Part shown: positions 24,520 through 36,199 of the stretch, piece by piece | Position numbering within the stretch: position 1 is the stretch's first letter | Layout of the letters: every line of letters starts with the position of its first letter | Origin: Selaginella moellendorffii | Taxonomy: Eukaryota > Plantae > Lycopodiophyta | Direction of reading: 5' to 3' | NCBI RefSeq assembly: GCF_000143415.4 | Contig: NW_003314297.1 | Coordinates: 434,001 to 498,000 of the forward strand | DNA length: 64,000 nt | Position numbers and translations under genes: made by a program | The notes under the pieces: model-generated | Database searches by the model: none | Told to the model about the DNA's origin: nothing | What the model saw: only the letters and a program-made list of their open reading frames with translations

Positions 24520-24895
24520 TTGGTTGTAATGTATGGTTGATATATGCAATGGGACAGCATTGACCAAGCACACTCGAGCTCTCTTGCATTAATACACCTC
24601 CAAGACCGATATCAAAAGCATCCCATGCAAAATGAAAGGTCAAGTGTAATTAGGATACGCCAAAACTAGAAAAGTCATTAATAGCTCTTTGAGATCTGTA
24701 AATGCCCACTCATAGTCTACAGATCAGATGAAAGATAATGTTGATGACTTCAGTAATGCTCACAATGGTGCAAAGCGATAAAAAAGATGGTCAATAAAAC
24801 AACCAAGATACTGCACCTTACTCAAGAAGCATTGCACATCATTTACACACTTTGGAGTAAGGAACTTTAGAACAACCATTAGTTTGTCAGGGGGT
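24520..24895 (-). mobile_element. Ty3/gypsy RT-RNase H fragment
   Basis: DVQCFLSKVQY; FHFAWDAFDIGLGGVLMQ...PIAY. Confidence 0.7.
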
Positions 24896-25338
24896 TGGGT
24901 AGTTTTTGAGCTGAGCTCCAATCAATGAAAGTCAATGAAAGTCAATATAGTCCACCAAATACAAAAGTTGATGTTTAAATGATTGGTTCGGGATGAACAA
25001 ACAATTCTATTCAAAACTTAAGACATATTTTTAGTCCAAGAAAAAGCTAAACAATATAAGTCTAATAAGAAAATAAATATCATAAGTTAAAGAAGAAACT
25101 CTATATTACCACTAAAAAATTCGACTGAAAAAAAAACTGAACTTAGTCTTCCTTACCATCCACATCCACAAAATGAGGAGTTTGTATAATATTATGCTCT
25201 CTAACTGTGGGCTCTTGTTATATATGAGCTTATGCCATTGCTTCTGCATAACATGGCAAATTATAGCCCACGTCATCAATCCACCTAATATACACAACCA
25301 TGATGGAATTACTATAATGAGAAATTTATACTTTATTA

Positions 25339-28300
25339 TCATCTGTTATGAAATGTCCCAAGAACACCTTTAAATGCACTCTCCTTCTCCAATGCAAAAG
25401 CTGCACGGCCAGTCTCTTTAGCTGCTAGCACCATCGAACCAAAACCTGTTGTAGCATCAAGCACAATCCCCTTAGGAGGACAAAACAACTCTAGGAGGAT
25501 TGACATGGCCTTTGGTGAATGGTGTCGATAGCCAAGGAACTCTATATAATGGTCCTCATCAATGACATTTGGGATGATATTTGTTGAGCTATCATATCCT
25601 GGCAATGCCAAACCTGCACACTCATCAACTCGTGTAATACTGTGACGGCAAGAGTAGCGGTAGAGAGCATGGTAGTTCCATGCTAAAACCTACAATGAAA
25701 AGAGGCAATCAATCTAAGATATGAAAAATAAGGAAATGCAAACCTTTTGGATTTAGCCACTTGCTCCTTTTGTTTCGACCAGGATGTTTGAGAGTAGGCA
25801 GCTTGATGCAAACTCAACCAATCTAGAGTCATCATTCTCTGCCATCGTTGCAAGAAGACCTCCCCAAAATAAAGAACGAGGAAGAATGACTAACATAATG
25901 CCTTCATATCACAACACCTTGGATGCCATATCCACCGCTTGAGAAATATGGTCCAGTCAAAGGATGTTCCAAGATGGAGTGTTGCCTTGTAAAGGTGGTA
26001 ACCCATCAAGCAAGTTGAAGAACACAAGGTCGATGCTGAAAGTCATTCCCAATCCTCGCATCCATCAATGGAACATAGAAGACTCTTGGCTCATGTTGTT
26101 GGAAAGCTGAAAGTAGTCCTCAATAACTATTTCCACGTTGCCAACACTTCCCGTAGGAAAAAGAGGGCGAACCTAAATAGTGTTCAAAACTGGGAAATAT
26201 TAAAGTTAATACATGTTTTTTTTCATACATGTTATGTGAAGCCGATGAAGATAACTCTTGGAGGTCATCCTCTGTAGTAGTGGGGAGGGATGGAAAGAAC
26301 GCATTTGTACATTGGCATATAGAGTGCTGGTCAGTTTCTCCGTCATCTACAACAAAATTACAATAAGCAAGGTCATTAGAAATCAAGTTCTTACTCTCNN
26401 NNNNNNNNNNNNNNNNNNNNNNNNNNNNNNNNNNNNNNNNNNNNNNNNNNNNNNNNNNNNNNNNNNNNNNNNNNNNNNNNNNNNNNNNNNNNNNNNNNCC
26501 TCCACTCCCTCCAAAAGTGCCTCTACAATAAAGTAGAAACATAAGTTACTGTTAGGAAGTTTTACTCATCAAACCTGGATGGCACTCGAGGTAGAGATCA
26601 AGCTCAAAAGGTGATGATGGCATTTGCCTCCACAACTCCAAGTACCATGGACATAGTTCTCGCTCCCACATAGTTGGACAATGGAACTCTGGCTCATACA
26701 TAGCAAGTTTCTTCCCACTAGTTAAGAGCTTGAGAAAAACACTTGCTATGTACACTAGAGCACCTGGGAAAGGATTTAAATACTTACAAAAGAGCCATGA
26801 TTAAATAAGCAAGTCAAGTTTTTGCAATATACCTATATGCCATGTGAGCGTGAGAAAAATGGTTGGCCCAACTAGTTCTTGAAATCCATGGAGATTGAGT
26901 TGCCATCAGGAAGCCATCCATCCCCAAGGTCTTGAAGGGAAGCTCAGATATATTCTAGAAGTGTTATCCCAGTGCAAGCACTAGTAAGGAACTTTGTATC
27001 CCATGCTTGAAGTAGCTCCTTAGCAACCGCAATATTCTGAGTGATATAGAGTTTCTTCTTCATCACATTCTCAAGTTTTCTCTCCAACCTCTTATCATTG
27101 TTATGATGCCAAGTGTTAAGGATCTCCAAGCAAGAGGTTTGTTCGTTGAAGGGGAGTTTGCTTTTTGCAATGTTATAAATCAATTTTTCAAGTGCTTTAC
27201 CATTTCTTGCAAGGACAAGGATTTCAAAGTGGAATGAGAAAGATAAAAGGGACTAACTTACTGCCACGAGAGCATATCTTTGCAATGCAATCCAACCAAT
27301 CTTTATCGCGTCAAATGTTCACAATCGCAAGTAGCTTCTTCACCTTTGATTTCTTCGAGTTTAAAATGCATTGCTCAATTTGTCACAGTTCAAGGTTCTT
27401 TTACACCTTATTTGTCACTTGTGTAATCTTCAAATATGAGTTTTGTTCTGCCTTGACAATTGGCTAAAAGGAAACCTTGTGAGTAGAAAACACATGTTCA
27501 TGCAAGAAAAGGATACCTTTGCCCAAACCATAACCTAAAAATCCATAGGCACCTGATACCAAGTAAGCAACTCTTGGCCTTTACGTGCTACAAGCTTTGC
27601 TTGAACTACTTCCATAACCTCATGACTATACAGCATTTGGATTTCCTTGAGAGAAAGCATGCCAACATATCGAAAGTGCTCGATATCATGGACTAAGGTA
27701 TGTGCTTGGAAAGCAAACTGATTAAGCCTGTAACATAGTTGGTGAGAACAAAGGTTACTACTAAAAGATTCTTACATGTTGATCTTGTGACATGCCAAGT
27801 TGAGCCTCACAACTTGGTTTCGATCTTGTGGCTCCACAAGTGTCACTGGAACACAAATATGTCACTTGTTATCGTCCTGGAACTTCTCTTGCATACACCT
27901 TCAAAATGCTAGCCACTAGTGGTTTCCATCAATAATTAAGGACATCCGGCCTACAAAGACTTGTGTCTCCTTGTGGCATGCCATCAAAGTATCAAACTCC
28001 TAGGATTTCCTCTGCCATATTTGATCCCAAGTCTGCTTAATCTTGGGAGTAACCATGTCTATGCGATTTATTCCGGGGATTGATGACGACACAATAAATG
28101 ATCCAGCAGTGTGCCCAAATCCAACCTCTGTGAAAGAGGTATAAATAGCCATGTTGAGGTCTTAGGCTGAGCGCACCCAGTGACTCTACTTAAGACAGCA
28201 AAGTGGAATCTAAAAATGTTGGGATCCTTTCCAAGCCATTTCACCTAACACCCTGCTGATAGATTGTTCTTGAGCTTGGATAATAGTCTCGCATACTCGC

Positions 28301-28440
28301 TCATTCAAGATTGTGTCGGCCTCTACCATAGTTACCACCTCATTTCTATGACCTTTAGAAGCAACAACATGTCTGCCATTTCCACCACCAAGATCTGCCC
28401 CACCACTTATAACACTAGGTGCCTCATTTCTGCCACCAAG
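25339..28440 (-). pseudogene. ParB-like + beta-class DNA methyltransferase-fold gene, copy 2 (5'-truncated, spans an N gap)
   Basis: 24901-28440 is a colinear duplicate of 15910-19454. IIDGNH*W at 27913-27936, SIDLVFFNLLDG at 26003-26037, and an open last exon RHHSPKAMSILLELFCPPKGIVLDATTGFGSMVLAAKETGRAAFALEKE. Confidence 0.78.
26399..26498. other. Assembly gap (100 N)
   Basis: N run. The paralogous copy has ~190 bp here (~17394-17586). Confidence 1.
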
Positions 28441-29540
28441 CAATAGAAGATAAACTCAAACCTATATCAACTAACATAGGGAGAATAATAGAAGACCTTT
28501 TGTTAATTTTTGAAGCAATGGATAAGGCATTTCGGCAATCTTGATCATTATGGTTGGAATTTAAGGAGTTCTAATACATGAGAGGTGAGGAACTTCCTTC
28601 TTCCTATAATGGGAATACATTCTTCAAATTTCCATTGGCCAATTTATCAAGCAAGAAGAGGGGTATGGAAATGCATCTTGATCCACATAATTGATGCTAG
28701 GTAAAAATGACCCACTTCTCCCATTTCGACGGATCTGTGTCTATAGTCCATTGTGGTGGACAGCTTTAGTGTGTCATTGAAAAATGAATATGTTTTTTTG
28801 AAGGCTCAACAATCAATCCCCTTAGGCGTGATAAGGTTGCTACAAGGTTTAGATGTTGCAAATGTAGGGCAACACTTGTGTGTTAAGCATGTTGCGATGT
28901 AAAAAGGTATCATTTTCTTCTATAGGATGGATGTTTAGTCAGAGCAGTAGTGCATGTTGGATACCACCAACACGCAATAAAGGAAGGAATCTGCCGTGAT
29001 TCTTTTCACAATTTGAAGGCTGTTGTTACTACAGAGGCTAAGAAAAGTGCTGCAACTCCAAAGTGTGTTCAACAGTCTATATTAAAGGACTATACGGTGG
29101 ACACATTGCTACAAGCTGATAGCAAAAAAGAGTTCATGGAGAATAGCTTGAAAGACTTACTTCAAAATATAGAACCCGTGACAAATTTAAACAAGTATAA
29201 AATTAATACTTAACTCTATTTTGTCACTAGAAACACTCCTTTTTTTTGCAGAATAAAGAACTAGATGCAAAAAGGGCAAGATAGAAAGCTTCAATCTAGA
29301 TTGGATGTGATTTTGGGGTTAAAAAGAAAACATCCCTATGAGTTTATTCATGGGAGTTTGTTTGTTGGCCAAGTGACTTCGAATAGTCAATGCCCTTTCA
29401 TCTTTAAGATGTCCACCCTTGGTCCTACTTCTGATATGGACCTTGTATAATGAATGGATATAGATGGAAACAGGGACTTGGCTAATTCTTAGATCCATTT
29501 TAACTATATGGAATGAGTTTCAAGCTGGTCACTACTCGAG
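28441..29540 (+). mobile_element. Mutator-like transposase remnant B, head-to-head with the ParB-MTase copy 2
   Basis: LPSSYNGNTFF..GMEMHLDPHN..HCGGQL.C...C.KC...HVGYHQH (Cys/His zinc-binding N-terminus), an intron, then YEFIHGSLF..FIFKMSTLGP..DLV..DLANS.IHF. Confidence 0.72.
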
Positions 29541-30560
29541 GTCAAGCTCGGGTAGTTTTTCACCTAGAGGGGCCAAGATTATTCAAATAACCTCGGGCCC
29601 CTAGACCCCAAAACTGCCCGAGGTTAAGCTTAGGCCCCCCATCTCGGGTAGTTTCTAGCCTCAAGGGGCTAAGGTTATTCAAATAATTTCGGGTCCCCGA
29701 GCCCCAAAACTGCCTAAGGTCGAGTTCATACCTGCCACCTCAGGCAGTTTCTAGTGTCGAGGGGCCGAGGTTATTCAAATAATCTTGGGCCCTCGGACCC
29801 CAAAACTGCCCGAGGTTGAGCTCAGGCCCACCACCTTCTGGCCTTGAGGGGCCAAGGTTATTCAAATAACCTTGTGCCCCCAGACCTTGAAACTACCCAA
29901 GGTCAAGCTTGGGCCCGCCACCTCAGGAAGTTTTTGGTCTCAAGGGTCCGAGGTTATTCAAATAACCTCGGACCCCAAACTCCCTGAGGTCGAGGTTGGA
30001 CTTGCTGGGCAGTTTTTGGCTTGAAAGGGCCAAGGTTATTCAAATAACCTTAGCCCCCAACCCAAGGTTGAGCTTGGGTAGTTTTTGGCCTCGAGGGGCC
30101 AAGATTATTCAAATAACCTTGGGCCCCCAGACCCCAAAACTGCTCGAGGTTGAGCTCGGGCTTGCCATCTCGGGCGGTTTCTAGCCTGGAGGGGCCGAGG
30201 TTACTCAAATAACCTTGGCCCCCCAAACCCTAAAACAGCCTGAGGTTGAGCTCAGGCAGTTTTTGGTGTTGAGGGGCTGAGGTTATTCAAAATAACCTCA
30301 GGCCCCAAACCCCAAAACTGCCCGAGGTCGAGCTTGGGCCCCCCACCTCGGGCAGCTTTTGGCCTTGAGGGGCCAAGGTTATTCAAATAACCTCAGGCCA
30401 TTAGACCCAAAACTTGGACCCAAAACCTTGGACCCAAAACTGCTTGAGGTTGAGCTTGTGCCTGCCACCTCAGGCAATTTCTAGCCTTGAGGGGCCAAGG
30501 TTATTTAAATAACCTTGGGCCTCTAGACCCCAAAACTACCCGAGGTTGAGCTTTGGCCAG
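29538..30560. repeat. Tandem array of ~11 units (~70-120 bp, typically ~95), each with two inverted repeats
   Basis: Unit GAGGGGCCRAGGTTATT-C-AAATAACCTYGGGCCCC...AAAACTGCCCGAGGT...ACCTCRGGCAGTTTT. The TTATTCAAATAA-like core occurs 11 times. Confidence 0.9.
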
Positions 30561-33311
30561 CCACATTTTTGTTCTTTTTATTTCTTGACTTTTTTTATAC
30601 CCTTTCTATAGTTTCATTAACTAAAATTCTTTTCTTGCAGAAAATAAAAATAGTACCATTGTGGCATTATGAGTGTCTTCATTGGGTCCTACAATTGATT
30701 TTTAACATCTTTTAAAAGGACATAATCATGGATATAAGGCATTAGTTTGATTGTTGGTGCCAAAAAATATAGAGGCTATTGCTCCCAATTGCAAACTTCA
30801 TTCTCTCTAACTTTCTAGATAATCTTTTAAATATTGATGGAAAAGTTAAGAACTAGAACTTTCTCTACTTGTGTGGTGCGTTTTCTTGTTGAAAGCCCTT
30901 TTGCTTGAAGTTGGCCATGTCATCGTCATCTTGTCAAACAACCAATTGGATATATGAGCTTATAATGTGCGTAGTGGAAGTTTGTTTCAAGTCATTCTCT
31001 TCCAAGTGCGTCATGGATCTTGTTGGCATTGATACTATAGGTGTCCAAGGCAAATATTTATTTTCTAGGTTATAATATGAACCTATCATGCCTTCCACAA
31101 AAACACAATAACGGGTTTTTATATAGCAAGTGTGTAGCACATGTTTTGCTTGGGTACAATAATCCCACTAAGATCATACTTAATCTTGTGGTTGAATAGA
31201 TCCATAACATGTTTTCTATGTATTGATTTTGAACTCCATCAGCCATGTAAGTCTTACTTGAGCTCTATTACACACTAGATAATATTGTGATTGATTGCAC
31301 AACAAATAATGATTCTATGGTGGAGGTAGCATATGACTCTAGTAGATTGGTGTTGACTATTGAAAAACATCATTTCTTCAAACACTAGCTTAGAGCTACC
31401 TTTAACTTCAATGATGATTATTATGATTTTAATATATATTTAGTTTTGTTTTATAGATCACAATCACTTGGAGTTTGTAAAGTTGGAGGTTTTAGAATTC
31501 TCCCAAAGTATGCAAAACCTATGGCTCAACAAATGCAAAGTGAGTATAATCTCAATATAGAAGGAGGCATAGAAGGAAATGATATGTTGATGATGAAATA
31601 GAAGAAAGCTAAATAAATCCTTACTTAAAAAGAAAATGCTATTATATATCAAAATTTCAATTTTAGTGTCAATGTTAGTTGTCAATGTTAATGTCAGATA
31701 TCATAATTGCAAATTAGTATTCTCACATGCAACCATCAGTTTGTAATGCTTGTGTGTTGCCATCTCATCCTTCAATATTTTATCAACAATTATATATGAA
31801 GTGATAACACTATTTATGTAGTAGTTATAGCAGTGCTTAAGAAAACTATAAAAGCCCATAAAAATATACTGACCCAAGAAAAAAAGGCATATTAAGCATC
31901 TTAAAATCAAACTCTCAATGTGTTTATTAGTTCTTACTAAATCAAGAGTGAACTCTTCTATAGATTGGGTATAGTACACTTCAACTTGAGAAGACTCCCC
32001 ATTATTGACTTTGTCATCCACATTTAAAAAATGATATATTGGGAGATCTATTTCTTTGAAGAGGTTAGAATGAGAGGATGATTCAACATTAATAATGCTA
32101 AGGGAGGAATAAGAATGTGAAGGATGATTGTTGAGCAATGTTAGACACTGGTAAGAAAGCCTATATATTTTCTTCTTTCAACCCACCCCTAAATCAAACT
32201 CTTAAAGGGACAATATAATTAAATTTCACTGTAAAATAGCCTTAAAAACCCATATTCTATACTAGCTAATGCAATGTTTCCCAAAGGGATGTTATTCCTC
32301 ACTATGAAGCAATAGTGGGTATAGATCCATAACTTGTTTTTTAACTCATTGTATATCCACACTTTCTAGACCTGTTGTTGAGCATTTGGTATAGTGCTCA
32401 AGAAAAGTGTGAAGATATTTGTCCTAAAAAATTGAATATAATAGTGTTTTGTGCTTTCAAGCAGTCTTGCCATACCAAGAGCAAGATCTTGTAGAAATAT
32501 GTGGCACTGTTCTTGAAGCGTTTGAGGTAATCCCTCTCTAGCAATAATATTCAAAATTTTATATTAGTTTGACTTCACAAGAACCCTCAATACAAAAAGG
32601 ATTGTAATATGGTTATGGTAGAGGTGAAAGTGGAATGTTAGTAGAACTTGGGGATGAAGGTGGAAATTGATATAAAATGCTAGAGACCAAAGTATGAGTA
32701 GTAATGACTTTCTTTTGAGCCATTCTTATATTAAACATTTTAGCTTTCCAAGAAGCATAAGGACAACAAAAATACTATAATGACTAACTTTTCTTGGCAA
32801 TTTATATATTAAGTTTTACTCTTGGGAATGAGGTTTATTTATTATGACACTAATGATACTCATATTCTTGAAATGTCAATCTCAGAAATGAGATTTCATA
32901 ATCATAGTCTACTTGTGAATAAAAAAGCTTCTAGAATTCTAGATGCACATGCTAGAATATTTATCATTTTAATAACCATCTACTCCATTACATATATATT
33001 CTTTTCTACACTTATGCCAACTTTCTAGAAAAATAGACTACAGGGAAATATAAACCACATTATAGTAGTAGGGCATGCAAGCATGCAGGCCAACATGCAT
33101 TCTCTCATGTGAGATTACACTTCAATCTTGGAAATATAAATAAACTTGATTCTTTGATGTGATATTACTTTTGAGTCTTTTAAAAGTTTTTGATGTCTAT
33201 TATTATTATTCACAAATGACTCTTGAAAAATCCTAGTGGGGATTCACCCCAAAAATATACCTTCGTCTTTTCAGCGCACCGCTAGGAAAATCCACGGTAG
33301 TTTCCCATCTC

Positions 33312-33411
33312 NNNNNNNNNNNNNNNNNNNNNNNNNNNNNNNNNNNNNNNNNNNNNNNNNNNNNNNNNNNNNNNNNNNNNNNNNNNNNNNNNNNNNNNNN
33401 NNNNNNNNNNN
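33312..33411. other. Assembly gap (100 N)
   Basis: N run. Confidence 1.
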
Positions 33412-34022
33412 AACCAAAGAATTAACGCCGTAGCTTATTTCTTTATTTCTTTTTTCCTAGACTGTTTTTTTGGAAGTAACATGAGCATTTTATCAATAGT
33501 GATAATGGTTTTACATTCTTGGATGGGTAATAAAGACTAAGAGTCTAATATGAAAATTGTGGCAGTGAAATGAAATTAATATTGCCTTGACCAATATACA
33601 CTAATAATGGCTACTCTTCAAAAAGTTTTATCTTGATTCATATTTAGGTTTCTTAATGAATTGCAAGAAAATCAAAATATGATAGTTGTAATGTAGTAAG
33701 AAAATAAATAGGTTCTCATGAACTTTGTATTTTCTAAATAACTTAATCTAGTAAAACTTTTGACCTAGGTATTTACATATTTCTATATTTTAAGGTTTGT
33801 CAAAACCTTAATCTTTCTAACATAGATTTTCTTTGTAAAAATTATGGTTGACTACATTGACTTATATTAACTTGTGCTGAATTGAACTCTATGATGGTAT
33901 ATATGCTCTTGCAACACAATGCAATATCACACATCCAAAAAACTACCGTAAAATATTTTTTGAGATGGTAAAGATAACATACTAGTACTATGGGTAGTAT
34001 TGCAAAAAAAACACTCACAAGT

Positions 34023-35929
34023 TGTCACAAATGTGACTTCAGTTATCGAAAATTATTTGGTGGCTAGTCCTTTCAAATATTCTTTCCCTTCTGTCATAAT
34101 AGTAAAAGGTCAATATTGCTGAACCCTTTATCAGTCCTTCTTATGCTAGTAGAGTTGACTAGGCATTTCGAGTGTACTTAGACCGGATGAGCATATGGAT
34201 GGAATTCCTACATACTATTAGTTTAAGCATACTTAGTCCAGTAAGGAGTTCCCATCTCATTGTGTCTTACACTGGCTAGTGACAAGATTAATCCCTCAAT
34301 ATTGCTAGATGATAACTTACCATGTCTGCCAAACACCTTCGCTATCATACCTTTTGCATTAGTCTCATTTCGGTCCCAAATGCTAATTATGGAAAGTGTC
34401 TAGATTTGCTCATTTGGCATATCTATAGAATGTAGAGATTGTCATGAATACAATGGTGTTTGTCCCGTGTCCAAATTCACAATCTAAGGACATTTCATAT
34501 TTAGTAAGTTTCAAACTTGTATTAGAGACTAACTCCTTATACTAAGGGAGGCTTGGGGTGAAAGCCCAAAGCATGTGTTCCTCAGGGGGGGGTAAATGTA
34601 TAGTAGGGATAGTGGGTAGGTATGGCCGACTAACCTAAGGTATAGTCTAACTCCTACTTGTGTGCCTGTAGCACATGTGATCATGGGATGAGATTTGGAT
34701 ATATTGTCACCGTGGATCCTTGGAACCTTGGGGGATAAATGGGGATAAAATAGCTACTAAGGGCTCTCTCATCAAGCAATTGCTCCTTTTCCAGTTGGCT
34801 TAAGGGGAGAGAGATACGGTGCGCTACAGTTGGTATCAGAGCAAATGGCATGGGTTCAATTCCTATTGATTAGTGGCTACTTAAAAAGTATAATATACCC
34901 TTGAGCAAGGTATATTCCTACCCCTAAAATTTGAAATTGTACGTATTGGGCATCCATGTATACGTCCTTCCTCTTGTGTGGAGTATCCATGGACGAAGGT
35001 ATCCACCATAGGACTGCGGTACCGGTGGATGATTAGTTGCCTCACATGGAATAGTTGGTTTACACAATGGAAGGATTGGTAGATTGAGTGCAAAAATGGA
35101 AGTGTTAGTTCCCTTTGGCTCAGTAAGGGTTGCTAGTCAATAGTCAATGAAGACATTGACATATCTGAAGGGGGGGTGAGTGTACCGCATGTGATCATGG
35201 GATGAGATTTAGATATACTATCACCGTGGATCTTTGGAACCTTGGGGGATAAATGGGGATAAAATAGCCACTAAGGGCTCTCTCATCAAGCAATTGCCCC
35301 TTTTCCAGTTGGCTTAAGGGGAGAAAGATAAAGTGCGCTACAATGCCTGTCCTTGTTCTGCGTTCAGTTTGGATCTAAGCCCAAGTTCCATACCATGCTT
35401 GTGGGGGGTTCCAAATGGATAATAGGGATAGTGGGTAAGTCGGGCATGGCCAACCAACCTGAGGTATAGTCTAACTCTTGCTTGCGTGTCTGTCCTTGTT
35501 TTGTGTCTGGCTTGGGTCTAAGCCCAAATTCCATACCATGCTAGTTAGTGGAGTATCCATATCCTCATGTTAGGTCATCGGTGTGCTGAAATAATACCAA
35601 ACTCCGTTTGGCTCTGTTTTGCGTGTTGGTCCTAACATTGGGATGTTAGATGCTCTAGGACTGTTCTCTTCGCTCCTTGGGCTATATGCTTCGGAATTGC
35701 TCCATGGTCCGGTTCCATCGCTCCTTGGCTCCATACTTGGGAGTTTAGCTCCGTTCTTTCGTTCAGTGGCCCAAGGCTCTAAAACTCGTGTTCCACACCA
35801 CTGTCCTTTGGACATGTGTTATGTGACACGTGGCATATAGAGGGTTTAGGTTCTACTTTATGGTTATCCTATGGTAAAACACTATAGGATAAAGGGTAAA
35901 AACTACATACGTTATATTTGGTATTAGAG
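34023..35929 (+). mobile_element. 5' LTR (34023-35916) + PBS TGGTATTAGAG (35919-35929), with a nested TRIM and an internal ~140-bp tandem duplication
   Basis: Homologous to 9362-10474, with a PBS immediately downstream. Confidence 0.75.
34667..35342 (+). mobile_element. Intact TRIM (non-autonomous LTR retrotransposon)
   Basis: 162-bp LTRs at 34667-34828 and 35181-35342 (TG..CA), PBS TGGTATCAGAGC 34831-34842, PPT GAAGGGGGGGTGAG 35167-35180, TSD GTGCC/ATGCC. Confidence 0.92.
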
Positions 35930-36199
35930 GATACGTCTCAATGAGTACTATCTAATGAGATTGGGCAACTAATCTTATTGCATATGCAAAGATGAAAACG
36001 ATGATCTGAGTGGGTATATATTTAGGTGCTAAGACTTTGTATTTGTTCCTTGGATATGGATTTTTGTTACCATTTTGTACCATATTGTGTAAGCTTGCTC
36101 TTGGGCTCATAAGTTGGGTGTAAGATGTTTTGCTTATACAAGTTTGTGTTTAGGCTCGTGAGTAAGACACATTAGCAACTCGAGGTTACACTTTGAGTT

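Noticed and set aside
16330-28440. Bacterial or phage contamination explaining the ParB-MTase
   Set aside because: Spliceosomal introns, CpG-type decay, and nesting among plant retroelements.
19835-30560. Hairpin arrays (19835-20360, 29538-30560) as CRISPR arrays
   Set aside because: Spacers are not unique (A-tracts or repeated), there are no cas genes, and the context is eukaryotic.
30870-33230. Short minus-strand ORFs as a MULE C-terminal SWIM domain or another transposase
   Set aside because: Too decayed; no motif I can support.
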